A stretch of DNA of 64,000 nucleotides, taken from assembly GCA_001179505.1 (NCBI GenBank), contig CDMY01000269.1, positions 62,001 through 126,000 of the forward strand, in the 5' to 3' direction. Of the stretch, positions 23,750 to 34,684 are shown piece after piece. Under the pieces are notes generated by a model that saw only the letters and a program-made list of their open reading frames with translations, was not told the origin of the DNA and did not search any database. The stretch's first letter is position 1. The number at the start of each line of letters is the position of its first letter. The DNA is from Vitrella brassicaformis CCMP3155 (Eukaryota > Protista > Chromerida). Made by a program: the position numbers and the translations under genes.

Positions 23750-24809
23750 TGTTGACACAGGTCGGTCGGTGGCACGTGTGTGTGTGTGTGTGCTGATTGT
23801 CATGTCTGTGTGTGCAATGATGGCAGGTTAGTTCGCTAGAGGTGGCGGCGAGGCGGTGTAGCTCACCCGACGGCACAAGACGGGGAAGGCATGGAAAGAG
23901 AGAGAGAGAGAGAGAGAGATGGGTGTGGTGTAGACAAACAAGAGGGGTGGGACGGGCTGGGTGTGTGTGGGTGCGTGTGCATACTCTACGCTTGGTGGAA
24001 CTCCCTTGCGTCCCTCCCTGGATGGACGGCCCTTGTACAGATCGACAGACAAGCGTGTTTCATTAACGAACGAATGAGTGAATGATTCGACCGTGCATCG
24101 CTGCATTCGACTGCATCAATCCGACCGTCCGTGTCATCCATCTCTCCCTCATCCACGATAGCCACGAACGCCAAACGAGACAGACAGTCAGACACACAGA
24201 AGTCACCAGACCGACCCAAGCACCTCACGGTCATCACAGTTTGGTTCTCCTCGGCTGTGGCTTGGCAGTCATCACCCCATCCCATCCCATCAGCGGCAGT
24301 TTCACCGGGAAACAGTCAAGCACTCGGCTGTTTCAGCATGACGCAAAAATGCTTTGAGATCTGACCTGTCTCAGGGTATGGGTTTCAGGGCGGAGAGTTC
24401 AGTTATCACACGCATGCAGTCCAGTGCACACAACACACACAGGTGGGTCAGGTCAGTGCACGCAAGCCCTATCAACACACACACAAATCGACTGACTACT
24501 TGACCCCCCACAGATCAAGGCGATGCGCCACTCAATCAATCCGACATATACTGCCAAATGACTGAAACAGAATGTCTGCCTTCGAGGTACAGCCTTCTGA
24601 TCGCCCCCATACACAGCAACGACATTCGCTTGCCCACGAGGCAGTGTGTGAGCCGTGCCAGGGGACATCATCCGTCTGCTCAAGGGAAATCACTCACAGC
24701 GGCCGTCAGTCAGTCGGCAAAGCAGGGGAGGCAGAACACCAACATCGCATCACACATAACACATAACGCATACGTCACACCAGTGAGTCCAGCGAGATCC
24801 TCCCCTCCC

Positions 24810-25392
24810 TCAGGAGGTTGCCAACACCAGAATGATGATCAGCGCGATGACAGCGATGGGGGCGATGAGGCATTAGCGGGCCCACTTGTACCTCTCCGTC
24901 CCCCTCTTGGCGTCCAGGTTGACACAGAAGGCGATGCAGCCGATGATGGGGAAGAATATCGACAACACGCACGATATCTGCCCACACACACACAGAGGGA
25001 GAATGTTTGGCTGTGCGAGCAGCTGCCCACATCTCTTTGTGTGTCACCTGTGCGCAGGTGAGCATAGATTCTTCAGCTCTGTCCTGCACCTCGACCACGT
25101 GGATGACGTGAGCTCCGCCATTTAATGGCTGCGGCTGGACGTACGGCTGCTGGACGACGGGCCCTCCCACGCCTCCCTGGACCATCTGGGTATACGTGGG
25201 ACCAGCCGCCATCGCCAGCGGCTGTCCGATGGCGTACGGCGCCGGCTGGACGACCACCGTAGTGGTGGACGGACCCGCGGACGACTGCGGTACGGGCGTG
25301 GGCGAGTACTGGGGGTTGACGGGCGAGGTGTGGCCTTCGATTTCTTCAGAGGAGTAAGTCGGAGGAGCGTCGACGGACGGAAAGGATGGCAT
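24810..25392 (-). pseudogene. CD225-like paralog 3 with a nonsense codon before the second hydrophobic segment
   Basis: MPSFPSVDAPPTY...|ISCVLSIFFPIIGCIAFCVNLDAKRGTERYKWAR*CLIAPIAVIALIIILVLATS*. The TAA at 24873-24875 aligns to TAC (Tyr) in paralogs 1 and 4. Confidence 0.7.
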
Positions 25393-25576
25393 TGCGGACG
25401 ACTGTTAGGCTGATGTCAACGAACGAAGAAAAGTCCAGCAGCAGGGCAAAACGGATTGGAAGGAAGATGGAATGTGCGCCTTTGGGACACTCAAAGGCAG
25501 CTCGCAACCCGAGAGTTAAGAGAGCTCAAAGGAAGCTCGCAACCCGAGAGTTAAGAGCGGATGTCCTCCTGGGTTC

Positions 25577-25899
25577 TGTTGAGGAAATGATGTGTCGGCC
25601 CGCAGATGGATAACCTCGGCTATAGCCTGATTGGTTTCTCAACAGGTCATGAGCTCCACTAACCTCAGTTGGAACCCCGATGAGCGGTGATGCCTAGGGC
25701 CAAACCGGGCGGAGAACAATCCTGCTGAGCGCTGCGGAGGGGTCGCGAGTTCGATTCCTGGAGCAACACCGGAAACCTTGGAAAGGCAGGAGCGGAAAGG
25801 GGGTATCCTATCTCTGCGGTCCGAAGGGGGGTGTTGAGGAAATAATGTGTCGGCCCGCAGATGAATAACCTCGGCTATAGCCTGATTGGTTTCTCAACA
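25577..25899 (+). mobile_element. Complete TRIM (terminal-repeat retrotransposon in miniature), 323 bp
   Basis: 68-bp LTRs at 25577-25644 and 25832-25899 (66/68 identical) with TGTTGAG...CTCAACA termini. 5-bp target-site duplication GGTTC at 25572-25576 and 25900-25904. PBS-like GGTCATGAGCTC directly after the 5' LTR. Polypurine tract GAAGGGGGG directly before the 3' LTR. No coding capacity. Confidence 0.92.
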
Positions 25900-26193
25900 G
25901 GTTCCTCTGTGCATGTGGAGCGTGCGTGGCTGATTCCTGTTGCGTCGTTCGGTTGATTGTGGGCTGGCCGTTTAGGACATAGGTTTAAACCCTTTGGTTT
26001 CTCGCCTATCTCTTCGTGCCCTCTCTTCCCCGTCCCCGTGTCGCACATTGCTGTCGCCGACTCTCGCCGACGAGCACTCACGTTTCCTGAACAAAAAAGG
26101 CATTGCCGGCAAAGATCTCGGTCCTCAGCTAGTGAATCACATCCTCAGCCTCTTTCCTCCCAACAGTCCTTGCAAGCCGCAGCCGCATCAGTC

Positions 26194-26785
26194 ATGACGT
26201 ACCCCTCGGTTGAGCAGCCTTCTCTCGCCCAGCCGCAGCCCGTCAACTGGCCGTCCGCCGACATCGCCGCACCCACCACTGCACCGGCATACGATGTGCC
26301 CCAGACGATGCCGGCTGTCGTCGGCCAGCCACTGGCGACGGCAGACACAGCCGGAAGGCCCGAGGGCGGTGATCAGCCGCAGTATGTGCAGCCGCAGACG
26401 GTGCGGCCGCAGTTGGGTGGCTCTCATGTGATCAACGTGCCGGAGCCGGTAGTGTACAATCCGCCACACGAAGATGATAAGTCAGGACGGCTCACCTGCT
26501 TAATGGTGAGATAGATCGATGTGGCCAGGAGAGAGAAACGGCCAGCCGTACATTCTTTCCCCTGTGTTGTGTTGTGTTGTCTGTTGATCATTGCAGGTGT
26601 CCTGTGTGTTGTCGATCTTCTGGCCCATCGGCTGCATCGCCTTCTGCCTCAACATGGACGCCAAGGAGGGGTCGGAACGGCGCAAGTGGGCCCGCTACTG
26701 CCTCTACACGGCCACCATCGGCATGATCATCGGGGTCATCTGGTTTGCCATGGGTGGAATGCAATCCTCTTATTCCTCTTATTAA
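26194..26785 (+). CDS. CD225-like paralog 4, intact
   Basis: MTYPSVEQPSLAQP...RLTCLM|VSCVLSIFWPIGCIAFCLNMDAKEGSERRKWARYCLYTATIGMIIGVIWFAMGGMQSSYSSY*. The unit 25980-27010 resembles 20390-21410. Confidence 0.72.
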
Positions 26786-27691
26786 CCATTGACTGACAAG
26801 AGCTGTCAAGAGCACAGCTTTAGTCGTTTTCATTCCTTGTGTATCGTGCCCACCTGCCTGCTGCGTTGGCTGTCCTCAGTCAGTGAGTGTCAAAGTGTGT
26901 CGTCCCCAGCCAGCCAGGTAGCTCGAGCGGCGTGTGTGTGTACGTGTGAGTGTCCATGTCTGTCTGTCTGTCAGTCCCCCAACCGGGATCTTCCTGCCGG
27001 TTGGATGGAGAGGAGGGGACGGGGGGAGGGAGGGAGGGAGGCACAGCCATCCAGATGGATGGAGCATATCGGTGCGTGTGCATTCTCATGATTGGCCGAG
27101 GGAACTGCTATGTCTGTGGATGGCCCTTGTACAGCCAGACAGTGGTGGTGACCATCCGTGCTACTGTGACTCCTGACTGACTTCATCCATGTGTGTCCAT
27201 CAAATGTAACGAAAACATCTCTGTCTGTCGTCTTGATTACCTATCGCGCACACGAGACTGCCCGTCCGTCACGTCTCACTGAGATGCATCAGAGTCTGTC
27301 GCACACGGCCCTTTCTGTACAGACAACCCTGCACACGAGTACGGCAACAGACGCTCCACCGGGAGTGTATATCTAATCAACTGGCAGCACCCCATCTCGC
27401 CGCACTCTAGCAAAGCTAGCAGCGTGGCCTTCACCCCCGTCGACAGCTCTTAAAAACATTTATATCGACACACACATCCATCAAGCTGTCTGTCTGTCTG
27501 TCTGTCTGTCTCAACAAGGGCCAAGGTCCTCTCTGGCTGTCTGACCGTCTCACTCCTGACTAATGGCCAATGCGATCCCATGAGGCGTGTGTGGACACGC
27601 TCACCACAGAAACAAAGACAAACAGAAAAGGTGCGATGTGCGTATGGACACCGATCTGTCGCTGCAGAGTACATGAGTTGCTGGCTGTGTG

Positions 27692-29251
27692 TCATCCGTC
27701 CTGACGGCTGATGGCCCGGCGGATCCGGATCCGGATGAAGGCCATGTCGGCGATGCCCCCGAAGATGGCCTCTCGTGCCGCACCGATCAGTGCCGCCTCC
27801 ACTCTCCCCTCATGAGACCCATCGCTGTCTTGGGGCGGCTCCACCAGCAGCGACATGCTCATGCCTGATATGCCATACTGCCCAGACGACACACACAGAC
27901 ACGGACGAAACTCATGTGCCGCATCTGTGTGTATCATGTGTCGACTGACCTCTTTGACTTTGTCGATGACGTGTTGCAGTTTGTCGCCGTGCCGCTGCCT
28001 CTTGTCGGCCGCCATCATGTCCATCTCACGCTCAATGGCCGACACCAGACGAGCTGAGTCCCACGACTGACTTAGGTCCAAGCCTCCGTCCCCCCTCACA
28101 CCATCCCCAGGTGGCCACTGGACGAACCCGCGCCGCTTGAGTGACTGCAGGAAGCGCCGCAGCTGCGATATGATGACGAGTGCGATGCCCTTGTGGAGGC
28201 CGAGGTCGCGGCCGATGTCCTCACACGCCGCCACACTGTCGATGTCGTCCAACATGTCCAACAAACTCACTGCCAAACCGACCTCCAACTCCTGCACACA
28301 CAGAAGAGACAACACACACATTCATACCGACTGTCATGTGTGTTGCTCGTTGCTGACCATGATATTGTCGGCTACGTGTCGCATGTCGGGTGATGCGTCG
28401 GCCTTGAGCAGCTCCACCAGGTGAACCTTCGTCAACTCATCGAACGGAATCACCTCCCCCTCGCGGTTGCCGTCGCCACGTGCACCACCCCGCCCGCCGT
28501 CATCCATCATGCGATCGGCCGTGGTCGGCTCTCGGGCATCAGGTGCGTGTGGGTCATTCACTGGTGGACGGGGCGGTGGCATCGTCACGTCGGCGTCGAG
28601 TGTCTGGTCGCCAGCAGGCAGCTGCTCGTCATCTGCCGCCTTGAGTCGCTTGGGCCTGGGTGGTGTGGTGTGTTGCTGCCGATTGGTCTTCTGAAGCTGT
28701 TTGATGAATCGACTGGCGGCTTCCTTGATGTCCTCGCCGTCACGCTGCCCCACCATGGCCGGCAGCTCGTGACGCACAAACGAGTCGATGGACGCAAAGC
28801 TCAGAGAGGGGACGGCCGCCAGCATCGCCCCAATGTTGTGACCCACTTGACCAAACAGGCGACAGAGGACCATCCGCTGGGCGTGTGTCATGGGCTGCTG
28901 GTCCTCAGTGCCGTCCATGTCCATCTCCTGCTGGCGGCATGCCCAAGCGGCATCGATGGCCGCCCCCATGGCCTCCCTGGTGGCCGCTGAGAGGGGCACC
29001 GACTGCACTGGGGTGCCAGGCAGGACCACCTCGACGGCCAGCTGTGGCAGGGCAGACCCACTCCTGAAGCGCAGACAAAGGGGGGCGTGTCGGGATGGGC
29101 TCGGCCGAGTGCCTCCAGCTGCTGGTAGAAGTGGCGAATCAGATGCCCCTGCTGCACCGGCGTCACACGAGGGCCGCGACTGGCCGTGCGATTCGTCGGC
29201 GGCTCAGGCAGAGCGTCTTGCTGCAGCCGACTGAGGGTGTCGCTCTTGAGC
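27692..29251 (-). CDS. 3' part of an ApiAP2-array gene (middle helical domain, SAM-like domain, C-terminal helical domain); 5' end in a gap
   Basis: Paralogous to 31982-33600: LAVEVVLPGTPVQSVPLSAATREAMG..., FDELTKVHLVELLK...|ELEVGLAVSLLDMLDD...DLGLHKGIALVIISQLRRF, ending RRAISRQDG*. Carries a shifted G-run at 29080-29085. Confidence 0.65.
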
Positions 29252-29551
29252 NNNNNNNNNNNNNNNNNNNNNNNNNNNNNNNNNNNNNNNNNNNNNNNNN
29301 NNNNNNNNNNNNNNNNNNNNNNNNNNNNNNNNNNNNNNNNNNNNNNNNNNNNNNNNNNNNNNNNNNNNNNNNNNNNNNNNNNNNNNNNNNNNNNNNNNNN
29401 NNNNNNNNNNNNNNNNNNNNNNNNNNNNNNNNNNNNNNNNNNNNNNNNNNNNNNNNNNNNNNNNNNNNNNNNNNNNNNNNNNNNNNNNNNNNNNNNNNNN
29501 NNNNNNNNNNNNNNNNNNNNNNNNNNNNNNNNNNNNNNNNNNNNNNNNNNN
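29252..29551. other. Assembly gap
   Basis: 300 N. Confidence 1.
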
Positions 29552-29991
29552 GGGGGGGGGGATGGGGGGAGGGATGGTGTGTTCGTGTGTATGGGCCATG
29601 CGCGTTGCGCCGCACACGGAAAGGCGTCTGTGGCTGTGACGTATATGTGTGCCAAGTGGGAATAGGTTGCACTGTGTTTGTATTCTGCCGCGGACAGGTA
29701 GTCTGGTGCGTGCGCGTTGGTGTATGGCGTGTGGCATGCCTGCCTCGGTGGTGTGGTTTCTGCAGTGTGCGTGTGTGTCGTGTGGTGTGACTCGATGCTG
29801 CCTCTTTTCTGTGCGATGAGTCCCCAGCTGCTTGCAGTAGTGATCCCGCCTGCACTTTGCTCTCTTGCCTGCGTGAATGGATGCCCGGTAGACTCGAGAT
29901 CAGACGATCTGGTCGCTATAAAAAAGAAATGCAAGCTTAGAGTGAGGCTCGCAATGCGGAGGGAGAAAGGTCCACAATTGGTGAGAGCACG

Positions 29992-31031
29992 ATGCCTGTT
30001 GTAATCATCAGCAACCCTGCAGCGCTTGGTAAGAGGAGATGGAATGTATTGTGTGCTTGTTGCGCCCGTGCATGTGTCTTGTTCGCGTCAGACACGCTCA
30101 AGGCGACAAAGAAGCTCGTCGTCATCGACTTCACCGCGTCATGGTGCGCACGCACCCACGCAGAGAGAGGCTGCAAGTGGCCGGCCAGATCTGCCTCATA
30201 CATAACATTGGGTGTGTCATTTCATTCGCCACACACAGGTGCGGCCCCTGCCAGCGGATAGCTCCCGAGTACGAGAAGCTTTCCAACGAGTTCACCAACG
30301 ACACGGCATTCTGCAAAGTCGACGTTGATGAGAACAAGGTGACAGACAGAGAGGGGTGGGGCAGTCATATCGCTCACTTTTGCTGCACATGTGTGTGTGT
30401 GTGTGTGTGATGTGTGGGTGCAGGAGACGGCCATGGCGCACAAGGTGGAGGCGATGCCGACCTTTGTCTTCGTCAAGGGCGGTGCTGAGGTGGAACGGCT
30501 GAAAGGCGCAGACCCTGCTACACTGCGGAAGGTGCGTGCCGACCACACTCGCACAGACTGCCAACTGTGTGTGTGTGTGTGTGTGTTTCAGTTGGTCGAG
30601 AAGTACGCGCCTCAGCAGCTGTTCACTGGTGGCGGCCACACTTTATCTGAGCCCTCGCACGCCCCGCCGCCCCCCGCACCCAACACCGCCAAAGACCACG
30701 ACTACAGCCCACCCATCAACACTGACAAGCCCACCACCAAGGTCGGTGTGTGCCCACTCACACACTTGGCAGCCAACGGTGCCCTTTGTGATGACACTGA
30801 CTGCAGGTGACGCTGCGGCTGCACACGGGGGAGCAGGTGAAGCTGACCTTCAACAGCTCCATGGCCGTCAAGGAGCTGTACGCTGCGGCCTCCAAGGCGA
30901 GCAACATCGGTGTGGCCGACTTCCGGCTGTTCTCGTCGGCGGCTTTCCCTCCCAAGCCGCTGGACGACCATGCGCAGTCGCTTGAGGAGGCGGGGGTGAT
31001 GGAGTGCCTCGTCACGCAGAAACTCAAATGA
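29992..31031 (+). CDS. Thioredoxin (WCGPC) - SHP box - UBX fusion protein
   Basis: KLVVIDFTASW|CGPCQRI...FCKVDVDENK|...VEAMPTFVFVKGG (thioredoxin), then LFTGGGHTLS (SHP-like), then VTLRLHTGEQVKLTFN...FRLFSSAAFPPKPLDD..SLEEAG (p47-type UBX). Stop TGA at 31029-31031. Confidence 0.88.
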
Positions 31032-31981
31032 AGGACAGACAGACAGACAGACAGACGGGGAGATAATTCATTCGTCCATGCGAGGGAGGTGAGGCTGCTG
31101 TCTGGTGTGTCTGAGGCTGGAGAGGGGATGCCTGGAGTATGTTATGTGTGTCGGTTGACTGACGATGGGGCCTCCCTCATAACATACGCTCTGACTGAGT
31201 CGTGTCGATGGAGCCGGGGGCGGTGCGGTGCCTTTATGTATGTACTTACTCGTGGTGGCGGCTGGCCTGGCCGGCTGGCATCTTGGGTCGGTGTGTCTGT
31301 CGGTGTGGTGCCCCCCTGAATGCCTTTTTGAAGTAAAGACCATTGATAGATACCAGGTTGGTGATGCTTTGGATTGCATGCGTTCGTCAGTGCCTCTTCG
31401 GGCCGATGGCCGTGAGGCCGGCCACGATCTCATCATAACGGAGGTAGTGGCCCTCTTCACGGTAGCGGGCACCACGAGACACAGACGAATGCCATGCGAG
31501 TGCGAGAGAGGCACGTATGATTGTATGCGACAGAGGTGTGCTGACTGAAATGCCGAGAGGGACAAGATGGAAGTACTTTGACGTGTCGTATCAATTGCGG
31601 AATGTCACCAATACAACCCTGCCTGCCGAGAACACACGAGGAACAAGCCAAATCCTGCCTCACTCATCGCTGCGGCAGGCCTGACCGGCTGGCTGCACCA
31701 AGGAAGCATCGACGGATGTGCACAGTCATACACACACATACAACACACAGGAAAAGGGCGCAGCCCTTTTCCTGTCATGCACAAGACAGACATATGGGCA
31801 CACACGTGAGTTGACGCAAACGCGAGCAGACGGCCACGCCACATTGAGCTAATTCGAGGCTAATTAAACGCACCAAAATGCATCACGTGCATGTCTCAGA
31901 CTGCCTAACGCGAGGCCACGGATTCTAATTAATTACAGGCGAAAACGCGCCGATGGACACGCTCACACGCACACTGGTGGC

Positions 31982-34384
31982 TCATTGGTCTTGTCGGCTG
32001 ATGGTGCGGCGGATGAGCGATTTGATGACCAAGTCGAATATGCCCCCGAAGACGGCCTTTCGGGCCGCGTCGATGAGTGCCGCCTCCACTCGCCCCTCAT
32101 CAGACCCATCGCTGTCTTGGGGCGGCTCCACCAGCAGTGACATGCTCATGCCTGCTATGCTATACTGCACACACAGCACAGACATTGACATGTGCTCTAT
32201 GTGTTGCGTGTGGACTGACCTCTTTGATTTTGTCGATGGCGTGTTGCAGTTTGCCGCCGTGCCGCTCTTTCTTGTCGGCCGCCATGACGCCCATCTCACG
32301 CTCGATGGCCGACGCCAAACGAGCTGAGTCCCACGACTGACTTGGAGCCAAGCCTCCCTCACCCCTCACACCATCATCGCCAGAACCAGGTGGCAACTGG
32401 ACGGCCGCCCGCCGCTTGAGTGCCCGCAGGAAGCGCCGCAGCTGCACTATGATGACGAGTGCGATGCCCTTTGGGAGGCCGAGGTCACGGCCGATGTCCT
32501 CACCCGCCGCCACACTGTCGATGTCATCCAACATGTCCAGCAAACTCACCGCTGTGCCGATATCCAATGCCTGCACACACAGAAGAGAAGACGACACACA
32601 TACATATAACTCAGCCTGCCCTCACATGTGTCTGTGTGGTGTGCTGACCATGATGTTGTCGGCTAAGTGTCGCATGTCGGGTGATGGGTGGGCCTTGAGC
32701 AGCTCCACCAACTGAACCTTCGTCAGCTCGTCAAACGGAATCATCTCGCCCTCCCTCTCGCCATCCCCGTCACCACGTCCAGCGTCCCGTCGTCCGTGCG
32801 TCGCCCCGTCCACCATGCGAAGGGCAGCGGCCGGATCTCGTGCATCGGGCGTCACATCAGGGGTGTGCGGGCCATTGGCTGGCGAGAGGGACTGCGTCTG
32901 CGGGACCACATCGGCCGCGTCTCGACTCATGGGCTGCGGACGTGACAGTGGCTGCGGCACATTGGGCGTCTGTTGGCCACTCGGCAGCTGCTCGTCATCT
33001 GCCGCCTTGAGCGGCTCGAACATTGCTGGTGTGGGGTGCTGGTGACCGCGGTGGTGGTCGAGGTCTCTGACGAATCGCTTGGCCGCCTCCTTGATGTCCT
33101 CGCCGTCACGCTGCCCCACCATGGCCGGAAGCTCATGGCGCACAAACGAGTCGATGGACGCAAAACTCAGAGCTGGGGCGGCCGCCAGCATCGCCCCAAT
33201 GTTGTGACCCACTTGACTGTACAGGCGACAGAGGGCCATCCGCTGGGCGTGTGTCATGGGCTGCTGGTCGTCAATGCCGTCAATGTCCATCTCCTGCTGG
33301 CGGCATGCCCAAGCGGCATCGATGGCCGCCCCCATGGCCTCCCTGGTGGCCGCTGAGAGGGGCACCGACTGCACTGGGGTGCCAGGCAGGACCACCTCGA
33401 CGGCCAGCTGGGTCAGGGCAGACCCACTCCTGAACCGCAGACAGAGAGGCGTGTCGGGATGGGCTCGGCCGAGTGCCTCCAGCTGCTGGTAGAAGTGGCG
33501 AATCAGATGCCCCCTCTGCACCGGGGACACACGAGTGGCCGTGCGATGCTCCCGCAGCCCACCAGGTGGGCCCTCCCGCAGCCAACTGGGGGCCTCGATG
33601 TCCCCCGGCGAGGGATTGCACTCGAATCGGTCGTCTCTGCGGGGCCGCGGTCGGTGGGTGTCACGGCAAGCCGAAGGGTGCAGGGGCACACCGCCCCCCA
33701 CACCACCGTCACGCAGCTGAGGGGTCTGTCGCTGTTTGGCGGGCAGAGGAGGATCGTCGCCATCGTCGGCACTTCTCCAGTCAGCCGGGTCGCCATGCCT
33801 CTTGGCCCCTCCCTCTGACGTGTGCAATCGCTCCATCTTCTGTCTGTGTGCGATGGCGGCGTCTTTGGCCTCCTCGAAGCCAAGCTGCTTGACGGAGAAG
33901 GACTTGTACCTCCTGCTGTCGCCCACCTGCCAGTCGGCCTGCCATGCGTTGACTTTCTTGTGGTAGCTGACGCCCTTGACGCCGCTCTGATGTTCCAATC
34001 GCTCCCGGACTGTGGCCTGCCCTGTGCGCTCCATCTCACGACGATGCTGCTCGGCCAACGCCTGAAGGCAAGGGAGAGAGAAGGGAAGCGAATGGTCCAT
34101 AAGCACCTTTGCTTAAGGCCGTGTAGGTCTCGCGCACCTTTGCTTTGTCGAAGCCGTGCTCTCGGACTGTGAAGAGCTTTTTCTTCTGCGTGGTGTCATC
34201 CTTCGCATACCATGTCGACCTCCACGCCCGGGCCCTCGCATCCCAGGAGACGCCCACGACCGTTGACTGATGCTCGGCACCTTTGCGGATGGCGGCCGTC
34301 TTGCCCTTGGTGGCCTCGGCTGCATTGCCGGCCTTTCGTCTCTGTCGCCTCTCGACGGTAGATGGGCTGCTGCTGGCGGATGGG
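31982..34384 (-). CDS. ApiAP2 protein: tandem AP2 pair + middle domain + SAM-like + C-terminal domain; 5' end in a gap
   Basis: HQSTVVGVSWDARARAWRSTWY...FTVREHGFDKAK|ALAEQHR...HQSGVKGVSYHKKVNAWQADWQVG...KSFSVKQLGFEEAKDAAIAHR. The frame is open through to RRTISRQDQ* at 31982. Confidence 0.85.
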
Positions 34385-34684
34385 NNNNNNNNNNNNNNNN
34401 NNNNNNNNNNNNNNNNNNNNNNNNNNNNNNNNNNNNNNNNNNNNNNNNNNNNNNNNNNNNNNNNNNNNNNNNNNNNNNNNNNNNNNNNNNNNNNNNNNNN
34501 NNNNNNNNNNNNNNNNNNNNNNNNNNNNNNNNNNNNNNNNNNNNNNNNNNNNNNNNNNNNNNNNNNNNNNNNNNNNNNNNNNNNNNNNNNNNNNNNNNNN
34601 NNNNNNNNNNNNNNNNNNNNNNNNNNNNNNNNNNNNNNNNNNNNNNNNNNNNNNNNNNNNNNNNNNNNNNNNNNNNNNNNNNNN
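34385..34684. other. Assembly gap
   Basis: 300 N. Confidence 1.

Noticed and set aside
25577-25644. C/D-box snoRNA reading of the 68-bp repeat (ATGATG...CTGA inside a terminal stem)
   Set aside because: The second copy has lost the C-box-like motif (ATAATG), and TG..CA ends, TSD, PBS and PPT explain the structure better as LTRs.
25645-25831. tRNA, SRP RNA or hammerhead ribozyme in the TRIM interior
   Set aside because: Only a T-loop/B-box-like 10-mer is present. There is no cloverleaf or SRP helix 8, and the CCGATGAG...CAAAC segment lacks the conserved CUGAUGA/GAAA core.
29917-29925. TATA box upstream of the Trx-UBX gene
   Set aside because: A single TATAAAAA match with no TSS data, and no comparable box in the other promoters in this window.
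31330-31850. Small minus-strand gene (MWRGRLLAFASTH ... ARYREEGHYLRYDEIVAGLTAIGPKRH*), possibly with a UGA-Sec codon
   Set aside because: I could not join the blocks with consistent splice sites, and there is no CxxU-type motif or SECIS evidence.
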